Below, piece by piece: positions 38,480 through 47,632 of a stretch of DNA of 64,000 bases. A program made the translations under genes and the position numbers. Each line of letters starts with the position of its first letter. Within the stretch, counting starts at the first letter, position 1. Source of the DNA: an uncultured Actinomycetes bacterium (GTDB lineage Bacteria > Actinomycetota > Thermoleophilia > Gaiellales > JAICJC01); NCBI GenBank assembly GCA_963708725.1, contig CAVPTL010000008.1, positions 733,697 to 797,696 on the forward strand. Direction: 5' to 3'. Under the pieces are notes generated by a model, which was not told where the DNA came from, made no database searches, and was given only the letters and a program-made list of their open reading frames with translations.

Positions 38480-39954
38480 GCGGAGGCGGACACCGGCTCG
38501 GGGGCTTCGCCTTCGGTCAACGCGTACTCGGGATCGTCGGCACGCGGGATGAAGAGCAGCGTCAGCACAAACCCGATGGCCGAGATCAGCGCCCCGACCA
38601 GGAAGGCGATCGAGTAGCCGTGAACCGACCCTTGCAGCGTCACGATGACGGTGGGCGCGCCGGTTGTCGCATGATCCTTGATGTAGTCAAAGGCCTCGGT
38701 AAACGCGACCGTCGAGAGGATCGCCGTGCCGAGTGCGCCGCCGATCTGCTGCGACGTATTGAGGATGCCCGAAGCGATGCCCGCCTCGTTGGGCTTGACT
38801 CCGACCAGAGCTGCGATCGATACCGGCACGAACGAGAAGCCGAGGCCGATGCCGGTCAGGATGAACCCGGGCGTGAGGTCGATCAGGTACGAGCCGCCGA
38901 CCGAGATCTGACTGAAGTACACCAGGCCCAGCGCCGTCAGGCCCATTCCCACGGCGAGCACTGTGCGCACCCCGACCCTGGTCACGAGCGCCTGCGACGC
39001 GCCGGCCGAAACGATGATCATGCCCGACACCAGCAGGTAGCCGACACCGGTCTTGAGCGGCGAATAGCCCAGCACCTGCTGCATGTAGAGGGTCAACAGG
39101 AAGAACATCGAGAAGATCGACGCTCCCAGCATCAGCGCGACGCCGTTGGCTGCCGACAGCGAGCGGTTTCGGAAGATTCCCAGCGGCATCAGCGGTGCCT
39201 TCACGCGACTTTCGGTCGCGATAAAGCCCGCCAACATTGCGAACGCGGCCACGAACAGCCCGATCGTGCGTGGCGCGCTCCAGGAATGATCGACCGTTTG
39301 TACGAGGGCGTACACCAGTACCGACATGCCACCGGTTGCGAGGATTGCGCCGAGCAGGTCGAACGAGCGTGTGCCACCTTCGATCTTGCTCTCTTGCAGG
39401 TACTTCGGAGCCGCGGCGATGACCGCCAGGCCGACCGGGACGTTGATGAAGAAGATCCATGACCAGTTCAGCTCCTGGGTCAGGATGCCACCGAGAAGCA
39501 CGCCGGCAGCGCCGCCCGAGCCTGCGATTGCGCCCCAGATACCCAGTGCTTTGTTGCGCTCGGGGCCTTCCTCGAAGGTCGTGATCAGAATCGACAGTGC
39601 GGCCGGCGACACCATCGCCGCGCCGACGCCCTGGATCGCGCGGGCAATGATCAGGGTGGTGTCAGAGTTTGCAAAACCGCATGCGCCTGACGCCACCGAG
39701 AACAGCAAAAGGCCCGCGATGAAGATCCGGCGCCGTCCCAGCAGGTCGCCTGCGCGACCGCCGAGCAAGAGCAGCCCGCCGAATGTGAGTGTGTAGGCGT
39801 TGATGACCCATGAAAGATTGGTCTCGCTGAAGTGCAGCGAGTTTTGAATCGACGGCAGCGCGACATTGACGATCGCGATGTCGAGCACCACCATGAACTG
39901 CACCAAGCACAGCAAAAACAGTGCCATGCCCTTATGCTCGTTTGAGTCCGGCAT
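38476..39954 (-). CDS. MFS drug/H+ antiporter, 14-TMS DHA2 (EmrB/QacA) family
   Basis: 492 aa with LDIAIVNVALPSIQ and GDLLGRRR motifs. A GGAGGGGG RBS precedes the ATG at 39954. Confidence 0.85.
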   Translation of the reverse strand: MPDSNEHKGMALFLLCLVQFMVVLDIAIVNVALPSIQNSLHFSETNLSWVINAYTLTFGGLLLLGGRAGDLLGRRRIFIAGLLLFSVASGACGFANSDTTLIIARAIQGVGAAMVSPAALSILITTFEEGPERNKALGIWGAIAGSGGAAGVLLGGILTQELNWSWIFFINVPVGLAVIAAAPKYLQESKIEGGTRSFDLLGAILATGGMSVLVYALVQTVDHSWSAPRTIGLFVAAFAMLAGFIATESRVKAPLMPLGIFRNRSLSAANGVALMLGASIFSMFFLLTLYMQQVLGYSPLKTGVGYLLVSGMIIVSAGASQALVTRVGVRTVLAVGMGLTALGLVYFSQISVGGSYLIDLTPGFILTGIGLGFSFVPVSIAALVGVKPNEAGIASGILNTSQQIGGALGTAILSTVAFTEAFDYIKDHATTGAPTVIVTLQGSVHGYSIAFLVGALISAIGFVLTLLFIPRADDPEYALTEGEAPEPVSASA

Positions 39955-40011
39955 CCCCGTCCCCCTCCTGCCTCTTTTTCGATACGAGACTGTGGTGTAT
40001 CATTAGTCCCG

Positions 40012-40602
40012 ATGGATGTCAAACCTGAACAGCGACCGCGAGGCCGCCCTCGAAATCCCGATTCCGATCAGCTGATCGTGGCTGCGACGCTGCGGCTTTT
40101 GGCTGCCCACGGCTACGACCGTTGCTCGATCGAAGCGGTCGCCGACGAGGCCGGTGTGACCCGCGCGACCGTCTACCGTCGCTACCCCACCAAGGCCGAT
40201 CTGGTGACCCAAGCCGTCTGTGCAATGGAAAACATGCCGGAGGGCGACCTCCTGGGCGATCCGCGCAGTTGCCTGATCTGGATGATGACCCAGTTTCGTG
40301 AGGGCATATCGGCCGCCGACGGCGTCTCGATCGCGTCATCGCTGTACGTGCAGCGGCGGGAGTATCCCGACATGCTTGCCCGCTTCCGCGACACGGTGAT
40401 GGTGCCGGGCCGCGAAAAATTTCTCGCCGCTCTCCAGGCTGGGGTCGACCAGGGTCACCTGCGTCCCGACGCCGACCTCGAACTCGCCGTCGACCAGCTG
40501 GTCGGCGCGTATCTGAGTCGCACGTTCGTCGGGTACGAGTTCGAAAAAGATTGGGCCGAGCGGATCGTCGATCAGGTGTGGTCCGGCCTCGAAGCTGCTT
40601 GA
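40012..40602 (+). CDS. TetR-family transcriptional regulator
   Basis: HTH reads AATLRLLAAHGYDRCSIEAVADEAGVTRATVYRRYPTKADL. It is divergent from the MFS gene. TATCAT lies at 39998-40003, 8 nt before the ATG. Confidence 0.85.
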   Translation: MDVKPEQRPRGRPRNPDSDQLIVAATLRLLAAHGYDRCSIEAVADEAGVTRATVYRRYPTKADLVTQAVCAMENMPEGDLLGDPRSCLIWMMTQFREGISAADGVSIASSLYVQRREYPDMLARFRDTVMVPGREKFLAALQAGVDQGHLRPDADLELAVDQLVGAYLSRTFVGYEFEKDWAERIVDQVWSGLEAA

Positions 40603-40611
40603 ATACGGGGC

Positions 40612-40893
40612 ATGTGCAGAAACATCCATACCCTGTATAACTTCGAGCCGGTTGCGACTCCTGAAGAGATCCACGCTTCCTCGCTCCAGTACGTGCGCAA
40701 GGTCAGCGGGTTCACGAAGCCGTCGCAGGCCAACCAGGCGGCGTTCGATCTCGCGGTCGAGGCGGTTACGCGGGCAACCGCCGAGCTGCTTGACTCGCTC
40801 GTGACCACGGCGGCGCCGAAGGATCGCGAAGTCGAGGCCGCTCGGGCGCGCGAGCGGGCCGCCAAGCGCTACGGCACCCCTCAGGTCGCCTAG
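40612..40893 (+). CDS. DUF2277-family small protein
   Basis: MCRNIHTLYNFEPVATPEEIHASSLQYVRKVSGFTKPSQAN... matches my recollection of DUF2277. Confidence 0.7.
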   Translation: MCRNIHTLYNFEPVATPEEIHASSLQYVRKVSGFTKPSQANQAAFDLAVEAVTRATAELLDSLVTTAAPKDREVEAARARERAAKRYGTPQVA

Positions 40894-40895
40894 CC

Positions 40896-41312
40896 TCAGG
40901 CCGGCTCGGCCGCCATCTGCTGGAGGATTCTCGCGAGCGTTCGCTGATCCTCGGGCGAGAGCCGGGAGAATTCAGCCGGCGGCTCGGCCATGCGCTGGAG
41001 CATCGTCGCGCGCAGGCGCTCGCCTTCGCGGGTGATCACCAGCACCTTGACCCGGCGATCGCTGGCGCCCGGCCGGCGCTCGATCAGACCGCGGGCTTCG
41101 AGCCGGTCGACGATCCCGGTCACATTGGACGCATCGCAGGCAAGGCCACGGGCAAGCCTCCCCATGGGCACGCCCTCACCGGGCTCGATCATGCGCAGGC
41201 AATAGGCCTGCACCGGCGATAACTCGAACTCCGCCGCGATCGCGGGGACGCGTGCCCGCTGCGACATCAGCAGGTCGAAGAGACACTCCCAGGAACTCAT
41301 GAGCCCAATCAT
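40896..41312 (-). CDS. MarR-family transcriptional regulator
   Basis: 138 aa with wHTH RLARGLACDASNVTGIVDRLEARGLIERRP..DRRV. Confidence 0.85.
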   Translation of the reverse strand: MIGLMSSWECLFDLLMSQRARVPAIAAEFELSPVQAYCLRMIEPGEGVPMGRLARGLACDASNVTGIVDRLEARGLIERRPGASDRRVKVLVITREGERLRATMLQRMAEPPAEFSRLSPEDQRTLARILQQMAAEPA

Positions 41313-41367
41313 AGTCGATCTTCTAGATATTTGACAACCTCAACTATCTGGTGCAACAATACGACGC

Positions 41368-43659
41368 ATGGCTAACACACTGCTTCTCATCCCACTGGAC
41401 GACACGGTCGTCTTCCCGAATATGTCTGTAACCCTGCCGATCGACGTCGGCACCGAGGAGCGAGTGCTGCTCGTTCCCCGGCACGAAAACGAGTTCGCCA
41501 AGGTCGGCGTTGTGGCCTCGGTGGACGAGCACGTGCGGCTTCCGCGCGGGCTCCAGGCGGTCTCTCTGACCGCTCTTCATCGCGCGACCATCGGCGCTGC
41601 CCAGACGGGCACCGACGGTGAGCTGCGCGTCACCGTCGAGGAGAACCCCGACGAGCTGCCCGCGCCGGTCAAGACCCGCGAGCTCGAGCGCGAGTATCGC
41701 GCCGTGGTCGAGGAGAAGCTGGAGCTGCGTGGCGACGACGGGCGCGTTTCGGCCTTCCTTCGCTCGATCAGTGATCCGGGCGCCCTGGCCGACACGTGTG
41801 GGTATTCGCCCGACGTGAGTTTCGAAAACAAGGTGGAGCTGCTCCAGACCCTCGAGGTGATCGAGCGGCTGACGCTGGCCCTCAAGTTGCAGCGTGAATC
41901 GCTGGCCGAGGCCCAGGTGCGTCAGCGCATCCGCGACGACGTCGAGTCTGGCACCCAGAAGCAGCAGCGCGAGTACTTCCTGCGAAAGCAGATGGACTCG
42001 ATCCGCAAGGAGCTGGGCGAGGACGACGCGTCGATCGTCGATGAGTACCGCAAGAAGATCGACGAGGCCGGTATGCCCGACGAGGTGCGTGAGCAGGCCG
42101 AGCGCGAGCTCAGCCGGCTCGAGCGGATGGGCGAATCGACGGGCGAGTCCTCCATGATTCGCACCTACATCGACTGGCTGATCGCTGTGCCGTGGTCGAA
42201 GCGCTCGGACGAGCGTCTGGATCCGGTGCACGCGCGAGAGGTGCTGGACGCCGATCACGCGGGCCTCGAGGACGTCAAGGATCGGATCACCGAGTACCTG
42301 GCCGTTCGCAAGCTGCGGGCCGACCGTGGCGTTGCCGACGACCGTCGCTCGGGAGTGATCCTCACGCTGATCGGGCCTCCGGGTACCGGCAAGACCTCGA
42401 TCGGCGAATCGATTGCGCGGGCCACCGGCCGCGAGTTCGTTCGCATGTCGCTCGGCGGCGTGCGGGACGAGGCCGAGATCCGCGGTCATCGCCGCACCTA
42501 CATCGGGGCCCTTCCGGGGCGACTGGTGCGGGCGCTGCGAGACGCTGGGACGATGAACCCGGTGATCATGCTGGACGAGGTCGACAAGGTCGGCGCCGAC
42601 TGGCGTGGTGACCCATCCTCGGCCCTGCTCGAGGTGCTCGATCCGGCTCAGAACCACTCGTTCCGCGACCACTACCTCGACGTTGAGCTCGACCTCTCGC
42701 AGGTCTTGTTCATCGCAACGGCAAACGTCGCGGACTCGATTCCTGGGCCGCTGCTCGACCGCATGGAAGTGATTCGTTTCGACGGCTACACGACCGAGGA
42801 GAAGGTCGCGATCGCCGACGGCTATCTGTGGCCGCGGCAGGTCGAGCGAAACGGCCTTCTGCCAGAGGAGGTCTCGATCTCCGACGACGTGGTGCGCTCG
42901 GTGATCACGGAGTACACCCGCGAGGCGGGTGTGCGACAGCTCGAGCGCGAGCTGGGATCGGTGCTGCGAAAGACCGCGACCAAGATCGCGTCGGCCAAGG
43001 TCGAGCCGCCGGTGACGGTGGATCTCGAGGCGGTTCGTGACGCTCTCGGCAAGCAGAGGTTCTTCCAGGAGGCCGCTATCCGCACCGCTGTTGCGGGCGT
43101 GGCGACCGGCCTCGCGGTGACCGGGACGGGCGGCGACGTGCTGTTCGTCGAGGCAACCGCGGTTCCGGGTGGCAAGGATCTCGAGCTGACCGGACAGCTG
43201 GGCGACGTGATGAAGGAGTCGGCCAAGATCGCGCTGAGCTATGTGCGCGGCCACGCCGATCAGCTCGGTATCGAGCCCGAAGCGTTCGAGAACAAGGGCT
43301 TCCATGTGCACGTACCCGCGGGAGCGATCCCCAAGGACGGGCCGAGTGCGGGTGTCACGATGGTGTCCGCTCTCGCGTCGCTTTTGTCAGGACGAAAGGT
43401 GCGTCACACCGTCGGCATGACGGGTGAGGTCACCTTGCAGGGACGGGTGCTGCCGATCGGCGGCCTCAAGCAGAAGGTGCTCGCGGCCCATGCGGCCGGG
43501 CTCACCGATGTGATCCTGCCGGAGCGAAACCGCGCCGATCTCGAGGATGTCCCCGAGGATGTGCGTGAGCAGATGAAGTTCCACCCGGTGATGACAATCG
43601 ACGAGGTGCTTGCCCTGGCTCTGGAGCCGGCGCACGCATCCAACGTGGCGGCGGCCTGA
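41368..43659 (+). CDS. lon: ATP-dependent Lon protease (LonA)
   Basis: N-terminal LON domain, Walker [10 protein letters not shown], and the protease Ser context KDGPSAGV. Confidence 0.93.
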   Translation: MANTLLLIPLDDTVVFPNMSVTLPIDVGTEERVLLVPRHENEFAKVGVVASVDEHVRLPRGLQAVSLTALHRATIGAAQTGTDGELRVTVEENPDELPAPVKTRELEREYRAVVEEKLELRGDDGRVSAFLRSISDPGALADTCGYSPDVSFENKVELLQTLEVIERLTLALKLQRESLAEAQVRQRIRDDVESGTQKQQREYFLRKQMDSIRKELGEDDASIVDEYRKKIDEAGMPDEVREQAERELSRLERMGESTGESSMIRTYIDWLIAVPWSKRSDERLDPVHAREVLDADHAGLEDVKDRITEYLAVRKLRADRGVADDRRSGVILTLIGPPGTGKTSIGESIARATGREFVRMSLGGVRDEAEIRGHRRTYIGALPGRLVRALRDAGTMNPVIMLDEVDKVGADWRGDPSSALLEVLDPAQNHSFRDHYLDVELDLSQVLFIATANVADSIPGPLLDRMEVIRFDGYTTEEKVAIADGYLWPRQVERNGLLPEEVSISDDVVRSVITEYTREAGVRQLERELGSVLRKTATKIASAKVEPPVTVDLEAVRDALGKQRFFQEAAIRTAVAGVATGLAVTGTGGDVLFVEATAVPGGKDLELTGQLGDVMKESAKIALSYVRGHADQLGIEPEAFENKGFHVHVPAGAIPKDGPSAGVTMVSALASLLSGRKVRHTVGMTGEVTLQGRVLPIGGLKQKVLAAHAAGLTDVILPERNRADLEDVPEDVREQMKFHPVMTIDEVLALALEPAHASNVAAA

Positions 43660-43730
43660 CCGCCTCGCCAGACGTCTCGCGCTACCTCGAGCGCATCGGC
43701 TACGCCGGTGCGCTCGAGCCGTCTCTACAG

Positions 43731-44432
43731 GTGCTCTCAGACCTGCAGTGGGCGCACATGATGACGGTGCCGTTCGAGAACCTGACGATTCATCTCGGCG
43801 GGCGAAACGTGCTCGACCCGAAGCGGAACTACGAGAAGATCGTGGTCGAGCATCGGGGAGGCTGGTGCTTCGAGCTCAATGGGACGTTTGCCTGGCTGCT
43901 GGCCGAGCTCGGCTTCGACGTCACGGTGCTGAGCGGCGGTGTGCATATGGGCACGGAGTTCTCAAACGAGCTCGACCACATGGTGCTGCGGGTCGACCTC
44001 GGCGAGCCGTGGCTGGTGGACGTCGGCTTCGGTGAGAACTTCACCACGCCGCTTCGGCTGGTAACCGGCATCGACCAGCCGCGCGACCGGCGCGTCTACC
44101 GGCTCGAGCCGGATGGTGAGGCGCTGATCCTCAGCCACGACGGTGAGCCGGACATCCGCTTCTCGCTCACTGCTCGGACGCTCGAACAGTTCCAGCCGAA
44201 CTCCGACTTCCTCCAGACACACGAGACGCCGTTCACCCGCCAGCCCAGCTGCTCGATGGCCACGCCGGACGGTCGCATAACGCTCTCGGGCATGCGGGTG
44301 ATCGAGACACGCGACGGCGAGCGCACCGAGTGGGTGCTCGACGACGATGCTGCGCGGCTGGCGTTTCTGCGCGATCGCTTTGGAGTGGTGGTCGCTGGGC
44401 CGTTCATCGCGCCAGTTGTGACTCATTTGTAA
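43731..44432 (+). CDS. Arylamine N-acetyltransferase (NAT); true start probably upstream
   Basis: Motifs VPFENL and GGWCFELN (catalytic Cys). The NAT-like N-terminal sequence (DVSRYLERIGY) continues in frame upstream of GTG 43731, where no ATG or GTG is available. Confidence 0.78.
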   Translation: MLSDLQWAHMMTVPFENLTIHLGGRNVLDPKRNYEKIVVEHRGGWCFELNGTFAWLLAELGFDVTVLSGGVHMGTEFSNELDHMVLRVDLGEPWLVDVGFGENFTTPLRLVTGIDQPRDRRVYRLEPDGEALILSHDGEPDIRFSLTARTLEQFQPNSDFLQTHETPFTRQPSCSMATPDGRITLSGMRVIETRDGERTEWVLDDDAARLAFLRDRFGVVVAGPFIAPVVTHL

Positions 44433-44489
44433 CTGATCGTTGACGTAAATATCGGCCTGTGGTTCGAGTCCGATGTTAGGTTATCGATT

Positions 44490-45434
44490 ATGACTTCGAA
44501 TCCACTAACCCGCACGCTCCTGTCAGCCGCAGCTCTATCAATTTCCGCCATCCTCTTCACTGGCACGCACGCATTCGCGGACGCGTCCCCGGCGACCTCC
44601 TCCCAGGTTCAACAGGACGTGTCCGCTGCCGTCTCTTCCCAAGGCGTCAGCCCGGCAGCCGCCGTTACCACCAGCGACGGTTCGTTTTCCTCGCACGAAA
44701 ATGGAAATGTCGTTGATATCCCGCGAGACTCTTCGGATCCGGCGACCATCGCAAACGGCGGCGTGTCGATCGCGGTTGACCTGCCTTCTGACGATCCGGC
44801 CGGGACCCGTGTCGGATCGACGATCGTCTATGAGGGCGAAGCCGGTTCGAGTGCCGTCGCGGTTCAAGCCATTCCCGACGGCCTCCGAGCCTTCGTCACG
44901 ATCGACGACTCCTCCGCGGCCCATAGCTATCCGTTCCCACTGTCAGGCGACGTCGCAAGAGTCGACGAGGACACCGACGGAGGTTTGATTCTTTACGACG
45001 CCGCGGGTGCCGAGATTGGCAGCGTCGGCGTTCCGTGGGCGACCGATGCGAACGGCGCGTCTGTCCCGACGCATTTCAACGTCGTCGGAACCACTGTCAC
45101 GCAAGTCGTCGAGTTTGAAACGGACACCGCTTTCCCGGTCGTCGCCGATCCGGCGGTCCATCTCCACTGGACGACGTTCACGGTTGAGCTCTACCCGAAG
45201 GATCAGAGAGTTTTGGCGGCCGGCGCGATAGCTGTCGGAGTGCCCGCCATCGTGGCAGCCGTATGTTCGCCACTTCCAGTCACTGAACCCGTGTGTGCGG
45301 GGGCGGGTAGAGGGCTGGCCGCTACGCTCGCCACGTACGTCGCTCTGAGTTTCCATCCTCATTGTCACCTCAATCTGAGCTTCTACTACGTCCCCTTTCA
45401 TTTCGATCGGTGGTGGACGAGCCAGTGCTCGTGA
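44490..45434 (+). CDS. Secreted hypothetical protein with a hydrophobic, Cys/His/Trp-rich C-terminus
   Basis: Signal-peptide-like N-terminus (LLSAAALSISAILFTGTHAFA). It lies in a locally low-G+C stretch, and I recognise no family. Confidence 0.55.
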   Translation: MTSNPLTRTLLSAAALSISAILFTGTHAFADASPATSSQVQQDVSAAVSSQGVSPAAAVTTSDGSFSSHENGNVVDIPRDSSDPATIANGGVSIAVDLPSDDPAGTRVGSTIVYEGEAGSSAVAVQAIPDGLRAFVTIDDSSAAHSYPFPLSGDVARVDEDTDGGLILYDAAGAEIGSVGVPWATDANGASVPTHFNVVGTTVTQVVEFETDTAFPVVADPAVHLHWTTFTVELYPKDQRVLAAGAIAVGVPAIVAAVCSPLPVTEPVCAGAGRGLAATLATYVALSFHPHCHLNLSFYYVPFHFDRWWTSQCS

Positions 45435-45676
45435 GTCGGCGTTCCCGCATCTGGCAATGGGTGTGTGACGTGCACACCGGTGTCTCGCCTTGGAAGTGGT
45501 TGGTGTCTCCGATCGAAGCTGCCGCGTTAGTGCTAGGAGTGACATTTGTCATTGGCAGATCGCTTCCCTGGTCGCTGTTTGTTCTCGTTGTGGGGATCAC
45601 CGGGATCCCGCCGGATGTGTACGTGCGGGGATCGAAGCGCCTCAGGGGCCAGCGTGCCACTCGCGATCGGGATTGA
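45431..45676 (+). CDS. Small membrane protein, translationally coupled (GTGA) to the preceding gene
   Basis: GTG 45431 overlaps the stop at 45432-45434. Two hydrophobic segments are present (VSPIEAAALVLGVTFVIG, WSLFVLVVGITGI). Confidence 0.4.
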   Translation: MSRRSRIWQWVCDVHTGVSPWKWLVSPIEAAALVLGVTFVIGRSLPWSLFVLVVGITGIPPDVYVRGSKRLRGQRATRDRD

Positions 45677-45796
45677 AGGACTGCCTCGTCAGGTGCAGCA
45701 CTGATTCTTGACGCGGGGCGCCCTTGCGGCTCATTACGGGGGGAGTGAGAGCGCCTCTGTACCGATGGCGCACGTCACGACGCCGCGCCGACTCCC

Positions 45797-46591
45797 TCAG
45801 GCAGGCTGAGCGGAGCTGATCTCGGGGATCAGATCGGCCACCGAGTCGATCACACGCGACGGTCGGTAGGGGAACCGATCGATCATGTCCGACGAGGTGA
45901 TCCCCGACAGCACCAGAATCGTCTGGAGGCCGGCTTCCAACCCCGCCACCATATCGGTGTCCATGCGATCGCCGATCATGGCGGTCGACTCCGAGTGTGC
46001 ATCGATCGCGCGCAGCGCCTCGCGCATCATCAGCGGGTTTGGCTTGCCGATGAAGTACGGCTCGACGCCGGTCGCCTTCGAGATCAGCGCAGCCACCGAT
46101 CCGGTGGCCGGCAGCACCCCATCGGGGCTCGGGCCGGTCACGTCGGGGTTGGCCGCGATAAAACGCGCTCCCCCGTTGATCAGCCGGATCGCGTGGGTGA
46201 TGCGCTCAAAGCTGTAGAGCCGGGTCTCACCGAGCACCACATAGTCCGGATCACGCTCGGCCAGCACGTACCCAGCCTCGTGCAGTGCGGTGGTCAGTCC
46301 CGCCTCGCCGATGACGTAGGCGCTGCCGCCCGGCCGCTGCTGATCGAGGAAGCGCGCCGTTGCCAGTGCTGCCGTCCAGATCGACCCGGGCGGTACCTGC
46401 AGACCACTCGCCGCGAGCCGCACTGCGAGATCGCGCGGCGTGTACACCGAGTTGTTGGTGAGCAGCAAGAACCCAAAGCCCGCATCCTGGAGCGCCCGGA
46501 TGAAATCGGCCGCGCCGGGAATTGCCCGCTCCTCGTGCACGAGCACGCCGTCCATATCGATCAGGTAGTTGGTGACTTCGCGTTGAGTCAT
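45797..46591 (-). CDS. HAD-superfamily hydrolase, subfamily IIA (NagD-like phosphatase)
   Basis: Motifs YLIDMDGVL (motif I DxD), LLTNNS and GDRMDTD (motif IV). Confidence 0.82.
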   Translation of the reverse strand: MTQREVTNYLIDMDGVLVHEERAIPGAADFIRALQDAGFGFLLLTNNSVYTPRDLAVRLAASGLQVPPGSIWTAALATARFLDQQRPGGSAYVIGEAGLTTALHEAGYVLAERDPDYVVLGETRLYSFERITHAIRLINGGARFIAANPDVTGPSPDGVLPATGSVAALISKATGVEPYFIGKPNPLMMREALRAIDAHSESTAMIGDRMDTDMVAGLEAGLQTILVLSGITSSDMIDRFPYRPSRVIDSVADLIPEISSAQPA

Positions 46592-46621
46592 GCGGGACCG
46601 GATGATAACCGCCGATCCCGC

Positions 46622-47611
46622 TCAGCCGGGCGGTGGGGCGCGATTCGGCTCTGACTCCGACTTGGGGAAGTGCGGCGGCCACGGTGCATCCTGGAGGCCC
46701 GATGCCTCGTCGGCCCGCGCCAGCTCCAGCAGGCTCTCGATCGAGCCCGCGTGGGCGTCGATGCCGGCCGACGGATCGCCTCGGCGAGCAACCAGTTGCG
46801 GCACGGTATCGAGTCGCAGTTCTTCGGGTTCGACATCGGGAACCTCGTCCCACTCAAGCGGGCACGACACCCGCGCGTCGGCCACCGGACGCACCGAGTA
46901 GGCCGACGCCACCGTCCGGTCGCGAGCGTTTTGGTTGTAGTCGAGGAACACCCCATGGCGCTCCTTCTTCCACCATTTGCTGGTGGCCAGGCCCTCGCCG
47001 CGGCGCTCGATCTCGCGCGCGATCGCAAGCGCCGCCCGGCGCACCTCGACAAACCCGTGCTCGGGGATGATCCGCACATTGATGTGGATGCCGCGCGATC
47101 CGGAGGTCTTCGGAAACCCGGTGAGGCCGTGTTCCTCCAGCAACTCCTTGACCATCATCGCCACCGTACGCACGTCGGCGAAGGGGATTCCCGGCGTCGG
47201 GTCGAGGTCGATGCGAAGCTCGTCGGGATGGTCGAGATCGGCCCGCCGCACCGGCCAGGGGTTGAAGTCGATCACGCCCAGGTTCACCGCCCAGGCGAGA
47301 TGGGCCGCGTCGTTTGCGACCAGTTCCTCGGCGCTGCGGCCGCTGGGGAAGTGCACGACGGCAGTCTGCAGCCAGTCGGGAGCCCCCTTTGGCACCCGTT
47401 TTTGGAAGAAGAACTTGCCCGCCGCCCCATCCACGAACCGCTTCAGCGTGGTGGGCCGCTCCTGGAGGTGGTTCACGACCTGATCGGCCATCGTCACGTA
47501 GTACTGGACGACCTCGCGCTTGGTGAATCCGGCCTCCGGAAAGTAGACCTTCTGTGGATTCGAAACGCGGATCATGCGGCCCGCCGCCTCGAGTTCGATC
47601 GCTTCAGCCAT
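46622..47611 (-). CDS. Stand-alone NHEJ polymerase/primase (LigD polymerase-domain-like)
   Basis: Motifs RVSNPQKVYFPEAGFTKREVVQYY, DELRIDLDP and KTSGSRGIHI are characteristic of the LigD PolDom. Confidence 0.8.
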   Translation of the reverse strand: MAEAIELEAAGRMIRVSNPQKVYFPEAGFTKREVVQYYVTMADQVVNHLQERPTTLKRFVDGAAGKFFFQKRVPKGAPDWLQTAVVHFPSGRSAEELVANDAAHLAWAVNLGVIDFNPWPVRRADLDHPDELRIDLDPTPGIPFADVRTVAMMVKELLEEHGLTGFPKTSGSRGIHINVRIIPEHGFVEVRRAALAIAREIERRGEGLATSKWWKKERHGVFLDYNQNARDRTVASAYSVRPVADARVSCPLEWDEVPDVEPEELRLDTVPQLVARRGDPSAGIDAHAGSIESLLELARADEASGLQDAPWPPHFPKSESEPNRAPPPG

Positions 47612-47632
47612 GGGGTTGAAGTCTAGGGTGGG

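Noticed and set aside
39975-40011. GATAC-N11-GTATC inverted repeat as the TetR operator in the MFS/TetR divergent region
   Set aside because: The arms are only 5 bp and there is no second occurrence. It is plausible, but the sequence alone cannot support it as a feature.
41313-41367. Perfect TTGACA in the marR-lon intergenic region as the lon promoter
   Set aside because: No acceptable TAnnnT hexamer lies 16-19 nt downstream, so I could not assemble a convincing promoter.
41344-43311. 655-aa minus-strand ORF antisense to lon
   Set aside because: It is antisense to an unambiguous Lon protease (Walker A, Ser-Lys protease site) and has low-complexity Arg/Leu/Gly composition.
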